A stretch of DNA of 63,076 nt, filler included, from Collodictyon triciliatum (Eukaryota): the NCBI GenBank assembly GCA_043381765.1. It is 19 parts of 19 records of this genome, joined end to end, with 100 filler letters (N's around TTAATTAATTAA, not from the genome) between each part and the next. Parts side by side here need not be neighbours in the genome. Positions count along the whole stretch, not along the records: positions 37,318 to 40,453 come from JBHJMP010007744.1; positions 40,554 to 43,688 come from JBHJMP010007745.1; positions 43,789 to 46,922 come from JBHJMP010007746.1; positions 47,023 to 50,155 come from JBHJMP010007747.1; 15 more parts are not named here. The stretch is one strand, 5' to 3'. Both the position numbers and the translations under genes were made by a program. Every line of letters starts with the position of its first letter. The stretch's first letter is position 1. Of this stretch, positions 38,359-49,438 are shown in pieces. Below the pieces are notes generated by a model. It was not told the origin of the DNA. It saw only the letters and a program-made list of their open reading frames with translations, and searched no databases.

Positions 38359-38722
38359 TCTAATTTTGCACTTGCAACAAAGCCAGCGATCTTCTTCAAA
38401 GCAGCAAACAATCCGCGCAACCACGATCTTTTGTCGAAAGTCAAAAAACACGGCCCTGCAGTGGCGCACACTTTGGCTTTGTCTCCTGCCTCACACTCTG
38501 TTTGGCCAAGCTCCGATCGCTCGTGTTAAACCTATTGAGCCTTTCCTTTTATTTTTGGTGGCAGAAAGGCCTTTGGCGCAACCGCCGATCGAACACAGAA
38601 GCAGAGAGGAAACCGAGGACGATATGTGGAAAGGAAGCCGCTACATGTTTTCCGATCAGCCAGAAAGTGAGACGATCCATAGGCGAAAAAAAACAGAATG
38701 CTGAATCATTCTTCCAGTGTGC
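38359..38722 (+). repeat. tRNA-Gly-associated dispersed repeat, copy 2
   Basis: Matches the reverse complement of 27605-27990. The true 3' end is unknown because copy 1 is cut by its contig end. Confidence 0.9.
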
Positions 38723-39004
38723 ACGCCACTCTTTCAAATTACTATTATGTCTAATTCTTTCTTTTTCTTTTTTTGAAACAAATAACACAAACGTTCTCGC
38801 CTTTTTGTGCCCTGCTTCAAAGTACTAAACCACGTCTCTTTTTGTAGCGTACGTACCATCGCGTGGTTGTTTGTATCACTTTATCCTTTATGAACACTTG
38901 ATGATTCACCTCATAAAAAGGAAAGAGGCTCATGTTTCCACCATCATATGAAGACTACAAATACCAGCTCATGTTTGCTTCCTTTTTGACTGGCTTTGTT
39001 TTAG

Positions 39005-40326
39005 CACAAACTGGTGGATATTCGGCTGCTTGGTCTTGACAAGCTTGTTGCTGCACTTTTTGTCCTGTTTTCTGTATGGCAGCTATTGGCTGATGCTCAT
39101 CTGTACGCGTCCTCCTTTCGATTTGCATTTAATCAGATGACTGATATTTTCTGCTTTATTTCTGATTCAACGTCTAATTAAAAATCAAATATTCATCTCA
39201 GCTTTTCAAGACTACATAATCCATCCTCTTTCTTTTTTCCTTTGAACAGATATCTGTACATATATATGCTCTTGAACTTATGCTTACAATAAATACCTTA
39301 CTTTCTTTTTCGCAGTCCTTGCATACGCAATATTCCCTGTTCCACTTTTGATCCTTTCTGAATCTCCGTCAGGGTATTACTTTTTAAAGAACGATGCAAA
39401 GTAAGACGACTGCCACTCCCATCACATCATTGTCTGCAAATGTTTTGTCCCCCTTCTAATTCTTTTCAAACGGACGCTTTGATGAAGGCGCTATGTTGTG
39501 ATGAGATATAACTACTTTTTTTTTTCTTAATTCATTACCTAAACATTATTTTATGATTTTTGTGATTCTTTTGCACGAATTTCCTCCAGAGTGCTTCAAA
39601 GCTTAACTATTTTATTGATTCATATAGTCCGTGGGAAAACGTGGCTTTCTTTCTTACAGGCACTATTGGCACATCATTTATAGGTTTCCATCCACACACA
39701 TATATTTTTTTTCCCAGTCAGATTGAACCTACGATTTGTTGTAAACGCCCAAAAATGTATATTAATATCGACCGCCAACCATCCAAATGATTTTCTGGTA
39801 AATTTCGCTAAAATATGAATCACTACGAACACCAACTTTACAGCGTTGCCCCTGACTCTGCTTCATGTTGACCTCGTACGTTTCTATTCAAATCTGTCAA
39901 GCGGATGATTACACCCATTTTTTTTTTTTTTTTACTCTCCAACAAATCGCTTTCCTCATTCCCTAAGCATTTTTTTCGCTGCAGATACAGAGAGGCGCAT
40001 TCTGGATTAACACCTTGGCCGAAATTGCGATGATGGCTGGTGTATGGGTGTTTTACCAGCATAATTCTAGCAGTACTCAAAAATACACATATCTCACTTC
40101 CTTGTAAATATCCATATCTCAAAAAGCCAACGTGCTCGCTCTTCTCTCTTCTCTGGACATAAACCTTTGCTTTTACAACCCCTGAAAAGAAATAAAAAGG
40201 ATCTTGCGTAGCCCACATCCCGCTCGCCTCATTCACCAACTTTTTTATGCGAGCAATCGACGCAATCTCTATAGAGTCTTGGAATTGTCACCAGGTTCAG
40301 ATGCATTCAGCCACTGGGTTATTACG
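39005..40326 (+). CDS. Hypothetical multi-exon gene (unrecognised)
   Basis: Short AG/GT-bounded open segments: HKLVDIRLLGLDKLVAALF, HYWHIIYRLNLRFVVNAQKSLPLTLLHVDL and PHPARLIHQLFYASNRRNLYRVLEL. Confidence 0.3.
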
Positions 40327-40360
40327 GTTCTATCTCTCATCGCTTTTCACTTGTGTTTTT

Positions 40361-40452
<92 letters not shown>

Positions 40453-40671
40453 TNNNNNNNNNNNNNNNNNNNNNNNNNNNNNNNNNNNNNNNNNNNNTTA
40501 ATTAATTAANNNNNNNNNNNNNNNNNNNNNNNNNNNNNNNNNNNNNNNNNNNNCGTCTTTTTCTTTTTCTTTTTCTTTTTCTTTTTCTTTTTCTTTTTCT
40601 TTTTCTTTTTCTTTTTCTTTTTCTTTTTCTTTTTCTTTTTCTTTTTCTTTTTCTTGGTTATATGGAGAGAC

Positions 40672-43406
40672 CTGCGAAATCGACGCAACGTTACAATGCA
40701 CCGAATGATTTCCATTCCATACTCATACTCCTTCGCAGGTGTGATTCGCCGCTTTCTTTTGAGCCTGAGAATTCTCCACCAATTCTGAGCATTCCAAAAA
40801 AAAATGTGCGATATAGAAAATTAAAAAAAAAAAAAACTCCAACTCTTGGATTCTAATTCTTACTCAATATTGTAGAAATAACGATATATTGCAATATTGG
40901 CATCATGCTTCTGATATGAATCATCTGTGCATGTACGTAACGCAATTGCCTGAATTAATGATGCTGCTGTCTCTTCTATTTCTTTGTCCAAATTAGATTT
41001 TCGAACCCAATCCACTGCAAACTAAAGAAAAAAATTAATTAAAAAATTGGACGTTGACGCTTTAAAAAATGATGGGTTTTACTTCATAATAATCCAAAAT
41101 ACAAATATAAAAGTCATCAAAGAAAGGTTCGTTATGCTGGTCTAATTATTCTCAATATATCATTATGGAGAAGAGAGAGAGATAGAAACCTTTTCTCTGC
41201 GAGTGAGTGATAAAAATTTCCCCATCACAGTCACAAAAAGCGTTCCTAATATCATGCCAACAAAACCAGCGCTCTGAAACAAGTGATAAAAAGAAATTCA
41301 GAATAAGAGATGAAATATACAAAACGAGGACCAAAATATCTCATCCAAGAAGCGAATCTTGCGATGAGTGATGAAAAATAGCAAAGAATTTCTTTATTCA
41401 GATACACTAAGACAAGAAAGTGAGCATAACATACAAAAAAAAAAATTGAATAAAGTACAACACTCAGGATTGCAATATGAGCATAAGTGTAAACGAATGG
41501 GAATAATGTGGATTAATGCATATGACATTCAAAACATATATGTTAGGAATGCATAAACAAACCATCGCGGAAATCCGACCAAGAGATGACATCGCTGTTA
41601 TATCACCATAACCAACTTAAAAATGGATGCGATTTTAATATTTGATTATAGTTGGATTACTCTGCTGTCAAGCATAATTTGTTGGCATATAACATTTGAG
41701 GGCTCTATTTCCATGTTTGATGTGTAAACAATTGGGTTGTTCCACGAGAGAAATAATCATTACTTGTTGTCATGGTCACAGCAGTATACTAAAATCCGAA
41801 ATGGTGGGAGAAACGCGATATATTTTATATTTAATCGTAAGAAACAAGTTGAAATTTCTATTTCCAAAATGAAAAAAATGAAACCCAAAGCGATGCAGAA
41901 AAGGTGAATGAGTCCTGCTCCACTCTATAAAGTCATGCATGCCGATTGATTAAATACGAGATGGAGTAAGATTTTTTAATTTCATATCATTAGATTAGTT
42001 TGGCTTGTGTCCACGTCAGTCAGACCATGAATAATCATGATAGTTTTATTATAGAATTAACGAAGAAGACTTATCTATCATATTACCTTTCGAAGACATA
42101 AATAGAAAAAGCAAACGACAAGTATGTAATTATCAATACGAATGCCACCAACGACGCTAGAATTTCAGGAAACGTATTTTAATGGGCAATATTTTCATTT
42201 CAATCAAGATGAACATATATATCACAAAAGTTGATATTATATATTATAGTAAGCTAGGTTATTACCGGGGTGATGCAAAAAATACATTCGAATATGAATA
42301 ATCCATCCATCTAGGCCAGAACCCTTTCTGACTGCGAATCTAATATAGAAAAAAATTACTGTCTTATTCCAACACGACTGTTATAGTTGAATCTTGAATT
42401 GGAAGGTAATAAGTGGAAAAATTGGTTGTGGCTTATCTCCTTTACTTCTCACCAAAGAGATTAAAAATTGGACAAACATACCCATTATCAATTTTAATCT
42501 TATTGCCGAAAGGAATAGAAGTATTACCCTCTCTGAAGGATGTGTGCCCGATTAACATAAATTGGTGAGAAATCTTTGATAACTCGCAGAATCAAGTAAA
42601 ATCGCATGAACATGAAAAGACCCAGTTTGTCCAGTTCTTCATCCAAGATGGAGTTCAAGTAAGGGGGGATGTGCCATCCACAAATCATGATTTCAAGCAT
42701 GAATGGAACCCCGCGCTGCCTCATTATCGAAGGGATATTGTGGAACCATGTCTGAAAGTACCCAGCCGAGAATTTGTACGTGACAACGCGGTAGTGTTCC
42801 ATAATCTGTATGACTATGATGCTCTTTTTTTTAAAAAAAAAAAAACTTTATGCACGATTGAAAATATTTGATATGGAAGGGCTTCATAGACAGAAATAAT
42901 GATGAATTGGCCCAACATCACAGTATTAATTATAAAAAAACACAGAGAAATCCCCGAATAAAACAAATTAAAGGTGCACAATAATCCATTTGAGCTAAGC
43001 TTTGTAAGATGTTTCTTTGACTCTTTCAAGATCGTCTCTCCTTTTGAATTTCTTACCAAGCAAGAACGTCGATATTGAAATCATCAACTTCAACGTATTT
43101 GTTGTGCTGTTGTTAAGAATTCTACGCCCGTCCCAATTGACGAAGTTCTGGGTATGAAGGTCAATTGCCAATACAGAATACTAGACTCCAAACCAACGAA
43201 AAAAAATATAATAATAATAATCGGAATTAAGTAAAAACAATAATGATAAGAATAATATATGAATCATAAAAACCTCAACCACCATCAATACCACCCCTAA
43301 CATCGCATTGATAAAAAGCCTCAAATTCTTTCGACGGAATTTTTGATCTAAAGAGAGATGTAGAGCGAGTGGGTCCTGCTCATCTATCAGTCTATTGAAG
43401 TTCTCG
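40672..43406 (-). CDS. Small-conductance Ca2+-activated K+ channel-like (KCNN/SK family), partial
   Basis: GVVLMVVE...LKLMISISTFLL...LEIMICGWHIPP...LFMFMRFYLILRV...IYVFER...SLWYTAVTMTT|IGYGDITA...GRISAM...LTRREKFAVDW...AASLIQ. The TTIGYGD selectivity filter is split by an intron. Confidence 0.85.
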
Positions 43407-43578
43407 CTATGATAAACAAGATATCATTGTAGTTAGTGCGCAGTCATCTTGATTAAGATAATTTCATTATAACTGTTTTTTCTTTATTCTCCCTTTCAGT
43501 TTTGTGCAAGATGATGGGGGTTGTCACTATTTCATTTCAAATATAATGATTATCATACTCATTCATTGATTGATTGGT

Positions 43579-43688
43579 TTGTAATTGTTTGTAAGTGTTT
43601 GTAAGTGTTTGTAAGTGTTTGTAAGTGTTTGTAAGTGTTTGTAAGTGTTTGTAAGTGTTTGTAAGTGTTTGTAAGTGTTTGTAAGTGT
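43579..43688 (+). repeat. (GTAAGTGTTT)n 10-mer tandem repeat
   Basis: Directly visible; it runs into the contig end. Confidence 0.95.
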
Positions 43689-43788
43689 NNNNNNNNNNNN
43701 NNNNNNNNNNNNNNNNNNNNNNNNNNNNNNNNTTAATTAATTAANNNNNNNNNNNNNNNNNNNNNNNNNNNNNNNNNNNNNNNNNNNN

Positions 43789-46700
43789 GATAGCAGCTGC
43801 CTTTTGGAAGTATTCAACGACTTGGTCCAATCTAAATGCATGCACATTATTGATTATTCAATATTTATTGTTTTTTACTGCTATTAATCAAATATTTAAA
43901 ATTTTAAAATAATAGAAAAATCTACCTTTTAAGCTCTAAGTTTGTTCGGCCAACATTCTCCAGGGAAGTCGCATAGTCAGCATGTCTTTCGCCCAATGTT
44001 CTCACGCGAATATCCAGCGTCTTCGTATAGGCCTCCAAAGCACCCTTAAAGCTAAGATAATAAGAGTAAATACATTATTGCTTCAATTAAAAATATAAAT
44101 AATTTATAGAAAGAGATACTCCTTCAAATCATGGCTGATGTCTCCAATCATTTCATAGCAGGCCACGACATTCGGATGATTTTCACCCAGGGCAGACATG
44201 AAAATATCCAGTGATTGCTTTAATGAGGACAAGGCCTCAGTTTTCCTATATAAGATAGTTATTTGATATTTATTTAGTTAGTATTGTATTATGCATAATT
44301 TTAACCCCAAATAGAGTCCATACAAATGAAAGATATGAAGCCAAATATATTTTGCAAATTGAAAGGAATAATTGTTTTATGAAAATATCTGTAAGTTAAA
44401 AATCCAAACTTTCCACTGGCAAGATGAACGTTTGCAATAAACTGGATTGTCGAGGCAACAGATGCATGCTTGACTCCCAGCGATTTTTCAAGGATTGATT
44501 TCGCTTTTTCGTAGTTTTCAATAGACTCTTCATACCTTGATGATTCAATCATATTAATATCTCAAATTATAATTGATTAAAACTGTCTTTAATGGATATA
44601 TGTGCTACTTTTTCCCAGCCAGGGAGACATGGCCATAGTTCTGGTACGATGTTGCGACCAGAGGATGCTCGTTTCCGACTTTCTTTTGGCGGATTTCCAT
44701 GGCCTTTTCATATTCAACCAGAGCCTGCTCATTCCTATCATAACAAATTCATCAGCATACATATATATTTACAAAATAAAGGCAAAAAAAATTATAGTTG
44801 AATCAATTATTACTTTGACTGCTTCACGTAGATGTCTCCGAAGCGGTCATGTGATTGGGCCACTTGCAAGTCGTTCTCGCCCAGTTGTTTGATTCTCAAT
44901 TCCAGTGATTTCTTATATTCATCAAGAGCTTCATCGATTCTGTTTAATAAGCAAATCAGAACAATTATTGAAACATTATTCATAATTTATTTTACAGTTG
45001 AAACCGAGCCTTACTTATCCTGTTGTTGGTAGATGATTCCCATTTCTTCGTGAATGGTAGCAATACGCAGGGAATTGTCTGTATTTTTCTCAACTGAATC
45101 GAGGCATCTCTTGTAGTAGACCATGGACTCAGCCCAGCTGTTTATTTTTATTTTATTTTAGAAAGTTGGCATTATAATCATCATGTCATGTCATGTCCTA
45201 ATTTTAATCATTAAAGTTTTATTTTTATTTTTTTACTTTTGGAGGTTCTTGTAGACACGACCAAGGTTCAGATAATCAGCAGCCTTCGCATCTATGAATT
45301 GATAGATTATTGAACGTATCCATATATAACTCATATTCATGACATAAATTCTTCAAAAATTAAAAATAAATTGCATGCCTTCTGTCTGATGCTTTCCAAG
45401 ACGCACATTCAGAACAGACAACAAGAACGAATTCTCAAAAGACTCCAAGAAAAATCCAACCAGCAGTTCTCCCACTTTATCCAAAGACTGAAAAAAAAAT
45501 TAATAGATAAGTCATGATTGATAATTTAAATTTATTAGTAACCTTCAAAAAAATAAAAATAATTAATAAAATTACCTTAGCCAAGCTTCCATAAGCATCT
45601 TTGTAGTTCGCAGCTCCGCTTGCGTTGATTGCTCTCCAGCATGTAAAGAACTCGTAGCGATAGCGACCACCAAGCATGATGCTGATAACCTATGAAAATT
45701 TTCAAAATTAATCAGTGAAAATCGTTTCATTATGTATAGAATACTCGATTAAAAAATAAAAATAAAGAAATTACATGTTTTTGCTTCATGTATTCCACAA
45801 GCAAGTCAAACGAACTGCCCTTCAGAAGCTGGTAACATATCTCAGCAGCAAGCTCCTCATCCGCGTCAGAAGCCTCAGAATACTGGCCAAACAGCCATCT
45901 TCCGTATTTTTCGTGCGTTTTTTCCATCTCCTGGTTTTCGGAGAAGTAGACCTTTTCGGTGGTCTCCAGCAGCAGCTGGTGAAAGTACATGTATCTATGA
46001 TAAACAATAATTAGCTTTATATCCAAATAAAATAATAACCGAAAACACCGATTAACGAACGAAAAAGATTGAGAAATAACACCAACCTTCCATTGCGGAC
46101 GAAAAGCGACTCAATGAGGGTAAAGAAAAAGGATTTCCTATTTGAATGAATAAAAGATAAGTTAAATAAAAAGAAAATGAGAAAGGGTTAACCTATTAAT
46201 TCTATTAAAATTCAAGAGAAAGCAAACCATTCAGCAAGCTCGAATCCTATGCCAATCGCATCTTTCATGTACTTGTCCAGGTCACCTTCACTCAGGCCAA
46301 TGCGGGAGACAAAGAGAACCTTCATCGAGAGGGAGACATATTTGACCTTTATTGTCTCTTTTCCATCAGTTGAGGCGACTGTACAATTAAAAAAAAATCA
46401 TTCAACAAAAATTGCTATTATAATTTGAATTTTTTTTTTTTGTGAAATATGTACAATCTGTACTCACCTTTCCTGTCAAACTTCGTTTGCCAGCGCTTGA
46501 TAATGAGAGTGTAAAGCTCAATGACACCGTTGGTCGAAAGCAGGGTATTCAGTTCATCATCGAGCTTCTCATAGACACCAAAGACCCTGGCCTCATCCAG
46601 AATGATGCGGAGATAGAGCGGATGGCCTATAATAAATATCAGATAAGAATAAATAATCAATCCTTATAAGATTTAATCAAAATATATACTCTTTTTAAAA

Positions 46701-46870
46701 AAATGTCTCACCAGTATCTTCAATGTGAGCCAGAATCATTCTAAGTTGCTTTTCGTTCAGGGTCTTGTCATAGCGAGTGAGGAAGGATTTGACACCAACC
46801 TTAATTTCGCCCTCGGTCAACTTGGCGACAGGAATCGGCTCCAGTCCACTTTGCTTGGCAGACTTGTGAC
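43789..46870 (-). CDS. NPHP3-like STAND NTPase-TPR protein, internal part
   Basis: Post-NTPase helical/winged-helix motifs (GHPLYLRIILDEARVFG, VSRIGLSE, YMYFHQ) are followed by 42-aa kinesin-light-chain-type TPRs (LGENHPNVVACYEMIG, LGERHADYATSLENVG). The P-loop itself lies outside the contig. Confidence 0.8.
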
Positions 46871-47191
46871 AGATACATTAAGTAAAGTTCCACTCAAATC
46901 ATTTTTATGCAGAAAATAAACANNNNNNNNNNNNNNNNNNNNNNNNNNNNNNNNNNNNNNNNNNNNTTAATTAATTAANNNNNNNNNNNNNNNNNNNNNN
47001 NNNNNNNNNNNNNNNNNNNNNNTCTTTTTTCTTTTTTCTTTTTTCTTTTTTCTTTTTTCTTTTTTCTTTTTTCTTTTTTCTTTTTTCTTTTTTCTTTTTT
47101 CTTTTTTCTTTTTCTTTTTCTCTTTCTCTTTCTCTTTCTTTTTCTCTTGTTTTTCATGCTGGACCAACCTCTGGATTCTATGCCAGTCAGT

Positions 47192-48759
47192 TTATTCGAG
47201 CTCCTCTGCTGCGAGAATGCGCCGGTGGACTGTGAAGTATTTTTGCCCGTTGCTGCGCGTCACCTTCTTTCCCTCCTCGGTCCCGTGAAGCATCACATCC
47301 ACGCACGGGTCATCAGCCTTGAGTTTAGTGAAGAACACGATTAAGCAACCCCTGATTTTCGTTTACAAAATGCCCAACATCCATCTAGTATACGAAACAA
47401 TAACAAAGACCATGGACAGGCGCCTCGTTAAAGATGGGGAAGAAAAGAAAAAAGTGTTTGCGATGTTCTATATTTCTTTTTATGTCTATATTTCTTTTTA
47501 TGTTCTATATTTCTTTTTTTGTTACTAGAATTTAAAGCAAGAAGGAAAAAGAAAAGAGAAGAGGAAGAAAGAGAAAGAAATGGTCGGAATGCTTCGGTTT
47601 TTTCCTCCTGTATACCACTTCGTCCTCTGGAATCTTTTGGAAAAGAGGGTGACTGGACAAACAGGAATCCATCCACACATGAAGGGCTTTTACGTCTGTG
47701 GCAGTGTACAGCAAAGAATTCTCCTTCAGAAGGAAGGCGTAATCGGCCAATAGTGTGGGGCTGTTGCAAGGACATACCGATAGTTATATCAAGGTTTTAT
47801 GACAGATAAAGGCTACCCAGTAAGGGAAGAAAATAAATAACTTAAAAATAAATAGAAAAAATGAGAAAGTTGGCTGTGTATTAAGGGAGGCAGGACAACT
47901 GCAAAAAAAAAAAAAAACTAGAAAACATAGCGATAATACAGGGATAAAGATTACAAAGACTAAGTTCATTGCTGATTATCGGATATAAAGCTCACTTGAT
48001 GATTCGGCGTCGTTGGTGCATTTTCTTAAAGTGGGGGTCTGGGAAAAGGAAAAACATTTTTTCTAGCTAAAGTGAAATTGTTCAATTAGTCTATCCCCAA
48101 AAAATTCAGTGTTTCATAATCATTAATTAGTAACGAGTATGTTTTCCAGGAACAGGGTTTATACCTGACCCTTGTAAAAGTGGTTTGTTAGTAGCTTCAT
48201 TGCATTTGTATGTATCACAGATATGTTCTGATAGGATCCTGGGTTGTCTTCTCTCAGTCTTAGAATCCTGAAATATTCACAGAATAAACAAGATAATAAA
48301 CCTGATGAAGCAAAGAATAAAAAAAGATACGGTGTGTTTCAAAAAAAAGACTCGTAATATTGTATTTCAACTAGCGATTGTACATGTTGCTCACCTTTCA
48401 GTTGTATATTTATAAACAGGGTCCCTTATCTCCAATCCAGCTGTATACTTCCCGGGAAATAAGCGAGACAGTTCGACTGGTTGAATTCGGTGGCCAAGAT
48501 AGGTTTCATGAGAAAATCATATAAATTTTCCAAAAAAAAGTGGCAAAAGACGGATGAGAAAGAATGGCTATTAAATAATAAAGTGCAGTTAAAATAATTT
48601 AGGAAATGGCTATAATATGCATTAAAAATCCTAACTAAATAAAAAAAACCTAATAATCCACCATATCCACACCCAACATCCAAGAATGACACTGGTGAGT
48701 TTTGTACCGAATCACCCCCTAATAGGAATATCAAATCAGCAAATAGAATGCATAAAATA

Positions 48760-48815
<56 letters not shown>

Positions 48816-49438
48816 TCCAATCTCGGTTTAGGTATGGTTTCGAATCGATCCGATAAGTCAATCGAGAGAGAGGCAAAGATATGTTCGAATGGAGGGCCTT
48901 TGGTTATATTTTCTGCTCTCAAATCTACATGAAGGCACCACGACTTTACCAGTGTATTGTTTTGCCGAGACTGATGGGAAATGCTTCGTCCAATCAATAG
49001 CCGACGGGCCGATTGGGCTGTAATTAAGATACGAATATTTACTTTTACAGGAAATGATTTTTTATTTTCACTTTTATTTTCACTTTTATTTTCACTTTTA
49101 TTTTCACTTTTATTTTCACTTTTATTTTCACTTTTATTTTCACTTTTATTTTCACTTTTGCGAGATATGACAGTGTTGGAATTACGAAAGAAAAAAAGAA
49201 AGAACTTCACGGCTTCGTGCCCTCATAAAATAGACGACGAGAAAACATACTAAGCTGTGTTGAAGTCTGCCAGAGGATTGCGATGTGGTCGAACGTTGTG
49301 GTACTTGTTGAGACGCTTTCTTTTTCGCGGCTGCTCAGTAGTTAAACCAGCCGTGGTGAACAGCCTGACCAGAAAACGCGACTGAACTGGCCAGAGACAA
49401 CCAAGTGCTTCGTTCCTTGGGCATCTAAGCAGGTGCAT
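47192..49438 (-). CDS. METTL1: tRNA (guanine-N7)-methyltransferase METTL1/Trm8-type, apparently complete (8 exons)
   Basis: HRNPLAD...DWTKHFP...FLDVGCGYGGLL...GLEIR...NISVIHTNAMK...FYKGQLEKMFFLFPDPHFKK...RRRII...LYTATDV...TEEGKKVTR. TAA at 47192-47194. Confidence 0.93.
49060..49158 (+). repeat. (TTTTATTTTCAC)n 12-mer repeat in METTL1 intron 1
   Basis: Directly visible; it is the source of the spurious (KSEN)n ORF. Confidence 0.9.

Noticed and set aside
38430-38705. RNase MRP/P RNA in the tRNA-linked repeat (GAAAGTC and ACAGAA...GCT resemble CR-I/CR-V)
   Set aside because: The two segments do not form the P4 pseudoknot pairing, and internal T runs would stop Pol III.
27605-38722. Large inverted repeat or composite transposon bounded by the two tRNA-repeat copies
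   Set aside because: The copies are on different, arbitrarily oriented contigs separated by three linkers.
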